Below, piece after piece: positions 18,880 to 27,399 of a DNA stretch of 64,000 nt; position 1 is the stretch's first letter; each line of letters starts with the position of its first letter. The stretch is from an uncultured delta proteobacterium (GTDB lineage Bacteria; Desulfobacterota; Binatia; Binatales; Binataceae): contig CAVRVY010000004.1 in the NCBI GenBank assembly GCA_963724765.1, positions 1,440,001 to 1,504,000 of the forward strand. Direction: 5' to 3'. Made by a program: the position numbers and the translations under genes. Under the pieces are notes generated by a model, which was not told where the DNA came from, searched no databases, and saw only the letters and a program-made list of their open reading frames with translations.

Positions 18880-18965
18880 GGGTCACACTTCCTTTGAGCG
18901 ATAAGTTGGTTCGCCCGCGGGCACATTACCTCGGGTTTTGCACAGCGCTTAAGCACCTGGAAAAC

Positions 18966-18981
18966 ACTTAGCAATCTAAGT
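18966..18981. promoter_or_regulatory. Perfect palindrome ACTTAG-CAAT-CTAAGT upstream of the SDR-metE operon
   Basis: 6-4-6 inverted repeat in an AT-rich gap; same half-site as the repeat at 8542. Confidence 0.6.
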
Positions 18982-19014
18982 AATTTGCTTATTACCACCG
19001 GCGCGGCTTGAGCG

Positions 19015-19905
19015 TCAAGCCCGACTAGCGCGGGCGCGCGCTTCGAGCAGCGCCTTGAGCCGCGGCGGCAGGGCGCTGTGGAATTCCATCGCGATGCCGG
19101 AGACCGGATGGTGAAACTTCAGCTCGCACGCGTGCAGCGCGAGCCGCCGCGCGGAATCGGTCTTTGCGCCATACTTGCGATCGCCTATGACCGGATGACC
19201 CAGCGCGGCGAGTTGAACGCGGATCTGGTTGCGGCGTCCGGTTTCGAGCGTACACTCGAGCAGCGATTTATCAGCTTTTGCGCACAGCACACGGTAGTGA
19301 GTGATCGCCAGTTCACCGCCGTCGTCAACCCGACGAACCATCAATGACTTGCTTTCAACCAGTCTGTCCCTGAGCGTTCCCTGCGACTCGGCCGGCGCAC
19401 CTTCGACGACCGCGAGATATCTTTTGATGACGCTCTTCCAGTTCCGCTGCAGCGCGGCCTGCGTCGACTCAGTCCTTGCGAACATCATGAGGCCGGAGGT
19501 CTCACGGTCGAGCCGATGCACGATAAAGATCTGTTGCGCCCGCGTTTTCATCAGCGCTTTCAGATGCGTGTTCAGGATTCGATACGCGGTCTTCTCCTTT
19601 TCGCGTTCCGAACCCATCGAAAGCAGCCCCGCCGGTTTCTCGACTACGACGACCGCATCATCCAGATGCACGATTGCGAATCCATGGCGTTCAAGCGCCG
19701 CGCCGCCGACCTGCTTGCGCGCCGTGATAGTCACGACATCCCCGGGCGCCAAGTCGGTATCGTGCCGGACGGTGGTCTTGCCCTTGACCATTACCGCCCG
19801 GAAGCGGAGCAGGTCCTTGGCCTGTTTGCGCGACAATCCCAGCGGCAGTCCGGTCAGGTATGGCAGGAGTTCGCATCTGGATGCGATCAGAAACTGACGA
19901 TCCAT
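19015..19905 (-). CDS. RluA/RluD family pseudouridine synthase
   Basis: KPAGL, HRLDRETSG (catalytic Asp), TGRRNQIR, GDRKYG, LHA. Confidence 0.93.
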   Translation of the reverse strand: MDRQFLIASRCELLPYLTGLPLGLSRKQAKDLLRFRAVMVKGKTTVRHDTDLAPGDVVTITARKQVGGAALERHGFAIVHLDDAVVVVEKPAGLLSMGSEREKEKTAYRILNTHLKALMKTRAQQIFIVHRLDRETSGLMMFARTESTQAALQRNWKSVIKRYLAVVEGAPAESQGTLRDRLVESKSLMVRRVDDGGELAITHYRVLCAKADKSLLECTLETGRRNQIRVQLAALGHPVIGDRKYGAKTDSARRLALHACELKFHHPVSGIAMEFHSALPPRLKALLEARARASRA

Positions 19906-19991
19906 CGTTTGAGGAGTTTAGTCATAGACCGCGCCGATTCGGAACTCGGGCGATGGCCTGGATTTTGCTTGCCTCGTGTCGGGATCGACCT

Positions 19992-21068
19992 ATGAAAGTG
20001 CACCCGTTCAGCGATTTCGATCTCGATATCGCCAGCACCCGTATCGTCCTGTCCTTGCTGGCGATGCTCTCGCTCTATATCGATCCGACTACGGCCGGCG
20101 GCTTGTTTCATCTGACCCCTTTCGTGCTGGCGACTCTACTTTGTCACTTGGCCTACAGTTTAGGGACCTACTTCCTCCTTGAATCCCAGGTTGCCAAGCG
20201 CTGGCTGCCGACGGTCACGACGCTGCTCGATCTGTTCTTTGCGATGGCGATCGCGTACCTGACCGAAGGCCAGACCGGTCCTTCTTATGTTTTTTTCGTG
20301 TTCGCGATTATCGCGGTCGGCGTGCGAGCGACACTGCGCGCAATCATCCATGTCACGCTGTTGGGTGTGGGGCTCTACCTGGTGGTGATTTCCGCCAACA
20401 ACCGGTTGACCGGCGCCTACGTGATGCGCGCCGTGTACCTGGCTATCGCGGGCTACCTGGTTGGCTTCTTTGCGCAACAACGGGCGAACTCTGAAGAGCG
20501 GGTGCGTGAGCTCGAGGCGCAAGCTGAACGGCAGTCGATCGCGCGGCTGCTGCACGACAGCTACGTGCAATCGCTCGCCGGCGTCAACCTGCGGCTCGAA
20601 ACCTCCCGCGAGTTGTTGCGCAGAGGACGCCCGGACGACGCCTCGCGGGAGCTGAAAGAGCTTCAGCTTGGAGTAAAGCGGCAATTCGACGAGGTGCGCG
20701 AATACGTGCGCTCGCTAGCCGGGGTCGACTCGAACTCGACGCACGAGATCGCGGACATCTCGGCCGATCCGAAGATCACTATAAGAGGCGCATTCAACGG
20801 CAGCAGCCGGCTGGGCGAACGGATACTTCAGATAATGCTCGAGGGGCTGCGCAACGCGCGCAAGCACGCACGGGCGACTTCGGTGCGAATCGACGCCTCC
20901 GAAAGCGCCGGCCGAGTGCTGATCACAATCGCCGACGATGGGGTGGGCTTTCCGCCCGCGGCCGATCCTCCGTGGACGATTGCCTCCCACGTCGCCGAGA
21001 CGGGCGGCCGGCTGAGCTTCAGCGAGAGCGGTCCGGCCTGCCTGCAAATCGAGATACCCAAGGCCTGA
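19992..21068 (+). CDS. Membrane sensor histidine kinase, HisKA_3 (NarX/LiaS-like)
   Basis: About six N-terminal TM helices; ERQSIARLLHDSYVQSL; EGLRNARKHA; DDGVGF. Confidence 0.87.
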   Translation: MKVHPFSDFDLDIASTRIVLSLLAMLSLYIDPTTAGGLFHLTPFVLATLLCHLAYSLGTYFLLESQVAKRWLPTVTTLLDLFFAMAIAYLTEGQTGPSYVFFVFAIIAVGVRATLRAIIHVTLLGVGLYLVVISANNRLTGAYVMRAVYLAIAGYLVGFFAQQRANSEERVRELEAQAERQSIARLLHDSYVQSLAGVNLRLETSRELLRRGRPDDASRELKELQLGVKRQFDEVREYVRSLAGVDSNSTHEIADISADPKITIRGAFNGSSRLGERILQIMLEGLRNARKHARATSVRIDASESAGRVLITIADDGVGFPPAADPPWTIASHVAETGGRLSFSESGPACLQIEIPKA

Positions 21069-21082
21069 GAGGAGAGCGTCCA

Positions 21083-21703
21083 CTGAGCCCATTGCGTTTG
21101 ATAATTGCCGATGACCATGCGCTTTTCCGGCAGGGATTGCGTTCGCTGCTGGCGCTGGAGGGCCTTGAAGTGGTAGCCGAAGTTGAACAGGCGAGCGGCC
21201 TGGAAACCGCGCTAGCGGCCAATCCGTGCGACGTCTTGCTGCTCGATTTGCAGATGGAGCATTGGTCGATGGACCAGGTTCCCGAGCTCTCGCGCAAGAC
21301 GGCCGTAATCGTCCTGACCGCGAACGAGGGCGTCGACACCGGACTGACGGCGCTGCGCCTGGGAGCGCGCGCGATCGTGCACAAACGCTTCGCGATCGAA
21401 TCGCTGATGACAGCTATCCGGGCCGTGGCCGACGGACTGGTCTGGATGCCGCCCGCGATGCAGGCGGCATTGGTCGCGCAGGACAGCCCGGCGGCGAAAA
21501 AGCTGACCCCGCGCGAATCGGAAATCGTACGCTACGTGGCAGTGGGGATGCGCAACGCCGAAGTGGCGGCGCGGCTCTCGCTCAGCGAGAGCACGGTCAA
21601 AACTCACCTGACCAACATTTTCCAGAAACTCGGAATCCGCGATCGGATTGAACTCACCCGCTACGCGATCAGGGCCGGACTGGCAACGGTTCAGGATCAC
21701 TGA
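21083..21703 (+). CDS. NarL/LuxR family response regulator (start CTG 21083 or TTG 21092)
   Basis: IADDHALFRQG, LLDLQM, LTPRESEI..GMRNAEVA..TVKTHLTNIFQKL; GAGGAG at 21068-21073. Confidence 0.92.
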   Translation: MSPLRLIIADDHALFRQGLRSLLALEGLEVVAEVEQASGLETALAANPCDVLLLDLQMEHWSMDQVPELSRKTAVIVLTANEGVDTGLTALRLGARAIVHKRFAIESLMTAIRAVADGLVWMPPAMQAALVAQDSPAAKKLTPRESEIVRYVAVGMRNAEVAARLSLSESTVKTHLTNIFQKLGIRDRIELTRYAIRAGLATVQDH

Positions 21704-21839
21704 TGACTGCGGGCCAAACCTCCGCCCGCATCGCAGCCTAGCGCCTGCCAAGCGGGCGGCATCTGCTCGCCTCGCCAGCAACCGATTCTGCGCGCGTTTT
21801 TCTATCTCCGTCCGGATCATCGCGCCCAGCGCCAAAATC

Positions 21840-21878
21840 TACGACCTTCGGATGACCTCGCGTTCGCCTTCGGTCGTA
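21840..21878. promoter_or_regulatory. Two degenerate TACGAC-N4-GTCGTA boxes upstream of amtB
   Basis: TACGACcttcGGATGA 21840-21855 and TTCGCCttcgGTCGTA 21863-21878; the outer arms CTACGACC/GGTCGTAG are perfectly inverted. Confidence 0.5.
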
Positions 21879-22023
21879 GCTCTTCATCGGCCTCGGGACT
21901 CGTTCAGCTTTCGCGCAGCCGGCGGCACATCCATTGCTCCGTAGCGCGCTGATCCCAGGCGCGCGTTCCCAATCAGCCCCGCTGACGGCAACGAACCGGA
22001 ACCCAGCAGGAGGAAGCATCAAA

Positions 22024-23589
22024 GTGTTCGGCGAAAAAATAATAGGAACCTACACTCTGTTTCTGGAGAGGCTGCGAGACGCGGACGTTCGCAAAAAAGC
22101 GGGCTCGCTGTTGCTGGGAAAGATGATCGGCCTCGCGATCGTCCTCTTCCTGGCCTCGAAATGGTATCTGCCCGTGCAGGCCTACGCGGACACAACTCCC
22201 CCATTGCCGCCGCCGCACATCAACGCGATCAACACGGTATGGACGCTGGTCGCGGCCTACCTGGTGTTCTGCATGCAGGTCGGTTTCGTGATGCTGGAGT
22301 CAGGGTTTGCGCGTTCCCGTGAGACCGTCAACATCATGGTCGAGGGAATCGCCGACACCTGTATCTGCGGCATTACCTTCTGGCTGTGGGGCTTCGCGTT
22401 TATGTTCTGTCCCGGCACTCCATGGATCGGCACGACCGGCTTTATGCTCCATGGGCTCCCGGCAACATACGGCACCACCGGAGTGCCGTTGCTCGCATAC
22501 TGGGTCTTCCAATACGCGTTCGCGGATACGTGTTCGACGGTGACCTCGGGAGCGATGATCGGCCGCTGCGATTTCATCGGTGATCTGCTCTACAGCGTTG
22601 GTGTCACGGGCTTCATCTATCCGATTATCGGCCACTGGGCGTGGGGTCCGGATGGTTGGCTGGCCAACATGACTCCAATCCCGTTCCATGACTTTGCCGG
22701 CTCCACGGTCGTGCACACGATCGGCGGAACCATCTCGTTGGCCGGAGCAATCGTGCTCGGCCCACGGCTCGGCCGGGTTTTCAAGCGCGACGGCGGACAG
22801 CCGATGAAGCCGCACGATCTCATCATCGGCGCGACCGGCGGTCTCATCCTGTGGTTCGGATGGTACGGGTTCAACCCCGGAAGCACGTTGTCGGCGCTCG
22901 ACGCTCAAGGGATCGGCCGCGTGTCCTTCAACACCACTCTGGCGGCCTGCTCCGCCGGCCTGACCTCTCTCTTTTACTCTTACTACAAGAGCGGGAAGTG
23001 GGATCTGGCTCTGACAGTCAACGGTTTTCTGGCAGGATTGGTCGCGATCACGTGTCCCTGTTACTGGGTAGACCCCGAAGGCGCGTTCCTCCTGGGAATC
23101 GGCGCAGGCATCGTCGTAGTCTGGGGCATCGATCTGCTTGAATACCTGCGCATCGACGATCCGATCGGCGCGGTTCCGGTACACATGATCGCGGGCATCT
23201 GGGGCACACTCTCCCTGGGATTGTTTGCCGCCGGCAAATACGGCGCGCCTACACCGTTGGGGGCTGACACGAGCACGGTCGTCACCGGGCTCTTCTACGG
23301 CGGCGGATTGGGGGTCCTCAAGGCGCAAATGATCGGGAGCTTCTCGATCACGATCGCGACCTTCATCGTATCGATGGCGCTGATGTACGCCATCCACTAT
23401 GGCTTCAGATTGCGTATCCCGACCGAGGGCGAGATCGAGGGACTCGACCTGCACGAGCACGGCTTCCCGGCCTACCCCGAATACGTAGTCACGGGCGAGG
23501 ACGGATGCCCTAAAACAATCGACGATGTGCCGGTTGGCCGCCGCACAGGAACGAAACTTCCGCGGATCGGGATGAAAAAGGCCAGCTGA
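22024..23589 (+). CDS. amtB: Ammonium transporter
   Basis: MQVGFVMLESG, DFAGSTVVH, LWFGWYGFNPGS, DDPIGAVPVH (twin His); AGGAGG before GTG 22024. Confidence 0.95.
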   Translation: MFGEKIIGTYTLFLERLRDADVRKKAGSLLLGKMIGLAIVLFLASKWYLPVQAYADTTPPLPPPHINAINTVWTLVAAYLVFCMQVGFVMLESGFARSRETVNIMVEGIADTCICGITFWLWGFAFMFCPGTPWIGTTGFMLHGLPATYGTTGVPLLAYWVFQYAFADTCSTVTSGAMIGRCDFIGDLLYSVGVTGFIYPIIGHWAWGPDGWLANMTPIPFHDFAGSTVVHTIGGTISLAGAIVLGPRLGRVFKRDGGQPMKPHDLIIGATGGLILWFGWYGFNPGSTLSALDAQGIGRVSFNTTLAACSAGLTSLFYSYYKSGKWDLALTVNGFLAGLVAITCPCYWVDPEGAFLLGIGAGIVVVWGIDLLEYLRIDDPIGAVPVHMIAGIWGTLSLGLFAAGKYGAPTPLGADTSTVVTGLFYGGGLGVLKAQMIGSFSITIATFIVSMALMYAIHYGFRLRIPTEGEIEGLDLHEHGFPAYPEYVVTGEDGCPKTIDDVPVGRRTGTKLPRIGMKKAS

Positions 23590-23603
23590 ATGTAATGGTG
23601 AGT

Positions 23604-23643
23604 GGGCGGGCCGGCTCCAAGCGGAGCCGGCCCGCTCTTGTTT
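23604..23643 (+). terminator. Intrinsic terminator after amtB
   Basis: GGGCGGGCCGGCTCC-aagc-GGAGCCGGCCCGCTC followed by TTGTTT. Confidence 0.8.
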
Positions 23644-23685
23644 GCGGCTGACGCGTCTGGTTCTATCGCAAGACCGAGATCAGCT

Positions 23686-24861
23686 TCAGGCGAATCCGAG
23701 TTCCGTCGCGGCGATCATCTCCAGCACTTCATCGCGCTTGAGCGTGTGCAGCGGTGCCGAGCGCAGGTCGCGGAAGTAGCGTTCCAGCGGATTGCCCTTG
23801 AGATAGCCCTGGCCGCCGGCGATGCGGGTCGCCAGGTTCGCGACCTCCAGCATGTTCTCCGCGACAAACGTGCGCAGCGTCTCGATTGTCATCACCTGGC
23901 GCTCGCCGTAGGTCCGTCCCTCGGACATCTCGCGCGCTAGGCTGTAGATGAGCGTGCGGCAGGCCTCCAGCCGATTGTACATCTCGCCGAGCGCGAAGCG
24001 GGTCGCCGGCAAACTGCCCACCAACTGCCCGCTCTTCTGCAACTTGCGTGTCCGCGCGTATTCCAGCACGTAGTTATACGCGGCCTGGCCAATGCCAAGG
24101 TAAATCGCGGAGAAGGACAGGCAGTACCAGTGCGCCACCTTGACGAACTCCTCGAAAAAGTGACCCTCCTGACCAATCAACTGATCCTGCGCCGCGAAAA
24201 CGTCGCGAATCATAATCGTGTGGCTGCCCGTCGCGCGCATCCCCATCGCGTCCCAGTTTTCGATCACCTCCAGGCCGGGCGCATCGCGCGGCAGCAGGAA
24301 CACGCATCCGCCGGAAGCCGATCCCTTGTAATCTTCGAGCGAAGTGCTGATGCCAAAATAATCGACCACCGGCGAAAGGGTGCAAAAGACCTTCTGGCCG
24401 TTGAGCAGATAACCGCCTGGCACCTTGCGGGCCTTGGTGTTGGGCGAGAGGATCGAGCGCGCGCCGCCGCCCTCGGTGTAATATCCGTTCATCAGCATCT
24501 TTTTGCGGCCGGCGTTCTCCAGGTACAAGCCTTTCTGCGCCGCGCTCATGAACGGCGTATAGAAGCCCACAGAGTTGAGATGCATGTTGATCGCAAAGGC
24601 GGTGGCGCAGCAGCCCTGCACGAGCTGCTCCTGGGCCAGGATGAAGGTAAACGGATCGGCGCCCCAGCCGCCATTCTCCTTCGGCGTGGTCATGGCCGTG
24701 TAGCCGGTTTCCTTCAGGCGCGCGATATTTTCGAATGGGAAGCTGCCTTCACGGTCGTGCTGCTCCGCACGTGGCGCGAACTCCTGCGCAAGTTCCCTGG
24801 CAAGATTGATGATGCGCTGCTGCTCCGGCGTAAGCTCGACAAACATGGATATCTCCTGCAA
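23686..24861 (-). CDS. Acyl-CoA dehydrogenase-fold protein (possibly a flavin-dependent monooxygenase); start may be 24846
   Basis: GSFPFEN, WDAMGMRATGSH, LERYFRD. Confidence 0.85.
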   Translation of the reverse strand: MQEISMFVELTPEQQRIINLARELAQEFAPRAEQHDREGSFPFENIARLKETGYTAMTTPKENGGWGADPFTFILAQEQLVQGCCATAFAINMHLNSVGFYTPFMSAAQKGLYLENAGRKKMLMNGYYTEGGGARSILSPNTKARKVPGGYLLNGQKVFCTLSPVVDYFGISTSLEDYKGSASGGCVFLLPRDAPGLEVIENWDAMGMRATGSHTIMIRDVFAAQDQLIGQEGHFFEEFVKVAHWYCLSFSAIYLGIGQAAYNYVLEYARTRKLQKSGQLVGSLPATRFALGEMYNRLEACRTLIYSLAREMSEGRTYGERQVMTIETLRTFVAENMLEVANLATRIAGGQGYLKGNPLERYFRDLRSAPLHTLKRDEVLEMIAATELGFA

Positions 24862-24876
24862 AGGGGATGCGCGCTT

Positions 24877-25347
24877 TCAGGCGCGCGTGATCGCGATCGC
24901 TTCGACCTCGATCAGCAGTCCGGGAAAGGCCAGCGCCGCGATCACCACCGCGGTGCTCGCGGGCGGGTCACTGCCGAAGATTTCGCTCCGCACCGCAAGC
25001 ATGTCCATGAACTTCGACCCGTCGGTGATGTAAGTATTGATCTTGACGATATCCTTCAGACCGCTCCCGGCGCTCTCGAGCACGCTCTTGATATTCTCGA
25101 AAACCTGACGGGTCTGCGCTTTCATATCGCCCTCGCCCACCAGCTTGCCGTCTGAATTGTAGGCGACCTGTCCAGAGACATAGATCGTGTTGCCGATCTG
25201 TTTGCCCTGAGCGAGCGGCAAGCGATCGTCCCACGCCCATCCTGGATCTACGGTCCGCCTTTGAGCAGGCGAAGCGGTTACCCGGCGCACCTTGGGGGCG
25301 CTGGTTTTGCCACGTCCGCGACCAAGCTGCTTCTTTTTGCCCGGCAT
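24877..25347 (-). CDS. Rid (RidA/YjgF) family protein
   Basis: IYVSGQVA, QTRQVFENIK..L..AG...DIVKIN, PPAST, LIEVEAIA. Confidence 0.9.
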   Translation of the reverse strand: MPGKKKQLGRGRGKTSAPKVRRVTASPAQRRTVDPGWAWDDRLPLAQGKQIGNTIYVSGQVAYNSDGKLVGEGDMKAQTRQVFENIKSVLESAGSGLKDIVKINTYITDGSKFMDMLAVRSEIFGSDPPASTAVVIAALAFPGLLIEVEAIAITRA

Positions 25348-25521
25348 ATTTTCTCCTGTCTAAATGGCGGAGCAGTGATGCTATAGAAGAGTCTTTATCC
25401 GGGAAGTTGAGAAAAAAGGCAAAGCTCGCGCGCCATCTTCCCGGAACTTGAGAGCGGCCTCATACGGCTCAGGCGAATTCTGACCAGCCCAAATGCCGCA
25501 GCGGCGCGGAGGAGGTCCCCG

Positions 25522-26373
25522 GTGAAAAGGAAGCTGACTCGGTTGCCCGGCCGTATGCTGGCGGCCGCGTTGTTCGGTCTCGTGCTGGCCGAGGCCGCAC
25601 CGTCGATCGCGCTGGCCCAAGCAAGCTCGCAGGCACAAGCACAGCGAGGATCGCTTGCCGAGGCGTACCGGATCATCGCCTCGAAGCAGTTCGTCGACCT
25701 CACGCACTCCTTCAGCCCGTTGACGCCGGTCTGGAAAGGGTTCGGCCAGGCAACGTTCTCGGCCGCCGCCAACCCCGCGACGGGGCGTCCCTACACAATC
25801 GAGAAGGATGGGTTTCGGGCGTTTTTCTACTCGATGGTCGGGCAGTACGGCACGCACGTCGACCCACCCGCGCACTTCGACCCCGACGGCGAAACGATGG
25901 ACCAGATCCCGCTCAAGCAGATGATCCTGCCGCTGGTGGTCTTCGATATGACACCGATCCTCAAGACGGATCCCAATCACGCGCTCAGCGTCGAGGACAT
26001 CAAGGCGTGGGAGCATCGGCACGGCCGGGTCCCGCCCGGGGCCTTCGCGGCGCTCCGCACCGACATGTACAAGGATTGGAACACCAATCAGCAGCGCTTC
26101 AAGCGCGCCCCATTCCCGGCCTGGTCGCTCGCCGCGATCCAGTTCCTCTACGAGCAACGCGGGATTGTGGCGAACGGTCACGAATCGATGGATACGGACG
26201 CCACCGACGACCTCAAATCCGAGGCCTGGCTACTCAAGCACGGCCACTGGCAGATCGAAGTGATGGCCAACCTGGACAAGGTTCCGGCCACCGGCGCGTT
26301 GATCGTCGTAACGTGGCCGAAGCCCGAGCACGGCCTGGGCTTTCCAGCGCGCGCGTTCGCGATACTGCCGTAA
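25522..26373 (+). CDS. Secreted cyclase/kynurenine formamidase-family metallohydrolase
   Basis: Signal peptide (..ALA-QA); VDLTH; QYGTHVDPPAHF; ends GFPARAFAILP. Confidence 0.85.
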   Translation: MKRKLTRLPGRMLAAALFGLVLAEAAPSIALAQASSQAQAQRGSLAEAYRIIASKQFVDLTHSFSPLTPVWKGFGQATFSAAANPATGRPYTIEKDGFRAFFYSMVGQYGTHVDPPAHFDPDGETMDQIPLKQMILPLVVFDMTPILKTDPNHALSVEDIKAWEHRHGRVPPGAFAALRTDMYKDWNTNQQRFKRAPFPAWSLAAIQFLYEQRGIVANGHESMDTDATDDLKSEAWLLKHGHWQIEVMANLDKVPATGALIVVTWPKPEHGLGFPARAFAILP

Positions 26374-26545
26374 CTGCGCGCCGCTGGTTTTGGCAAAATG
26401 CCCGCGTGAAAAATCAGACGTCACGAAAGCTTCACCAATGCCAAGGCGGACAAGATCGGCGCGGCGGGAATCTCCTACGACAAATCCGCTGATGTCGCGA
26501 GAGTGCGCAACGGTGTCAGTGACACAATGGCTGCTTCCACAGACG

Positions 26546-27281
26546 TCAGCAACGCTCTCGGGCCGTTGGCGTTTTCAGTTTGTTTTTGGCGGTTCGACTT
26601 TGCTTGCGGCCCTGAGCACGCCCGTTCAATTTGGCGGAGCGCTGCTGCGCGTGTGAAGATTCCGGGGACGATTCGTCAGTGAACCAGGCCGCGATCGTGA
26701 ATCGCTGACCGAATGTGATCGGGCGAACTTCATGAAGAGTGCTTGGACGAAAAGCGATCAGCAGGCCGGGCGAGGCCTCGAGCGGGAAGCCACACTTCTC
26801 CCACTGAGCGCCTTGGATCAGACCATAGAACGCCAAGGCCCCCCCCGCCGTAGCAATCTTGAGCCGTCGAATTCTCCCCCGCGGCATTCAGGAAGACAAC
26901 TACTGAAACTCGCCGTTTCAAAAACTCGGCGGGAGCGCCACGCGCGACGTCACGATGTGGTTTGTAAAAGTCCTCTGGTCCGTACCTAAGAAAATAAGGA
27001 CCATCACAACCCGTCAATGAGGTTTGAAAATGCTCTTCTAATTTTGGCTTCAGTTGCGCTAGCTGCGATTCGACCAAGAGCTCCGTGGACTTCGAAACGT
27101 GTGAGCACAACACTCGGCGGATGGACTCGTCCACTTCCACTTCGCGGGTCTTCGCGAGAATTTTTCCCTTGCGCGAAGCGGCCTCGAGCATTTCCGATCG
27201 GAGCCGTGCGCAAGACGCGAGGTCCAGGAAATCGTTGACGACGAATAGACCTAGCTTTCCAAAGAACTCAGGACGCGGCAT
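26546..27281 (-). pseudogene. 2OG-Fe(II) oxygenase split by a +1 frameshift in a G8 tract (or a sequencing error)
   Basis: HxD motif (PHRD) in ORF 26730-27281; distal His and Arg (LHEV...RFTIAAW) in ORF 26546-26887. Removing one base from the C8 run at 26839-26846 joins them as YGGGALAFYGL. Confidence 0.8.
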
Positions 27282-27399
27282 CGTCGTCAGCCCGTAGCGG
27301 CCATACCCGTCACCATCACTTATCGAGCCTTTTGGTCAAGGCAGAGTCAAGTCAGGCAGGTGCTTTGGTGATTTTCTTCGTAATCGGGACGACGGATTC

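Noticed and set aside
17503-18886. 456-aa plus-strand and 368-aa alternative-frame ORFs
   Set aside because: They overlap the SDR and MetE-like genes; typical antisense or frame shadows.
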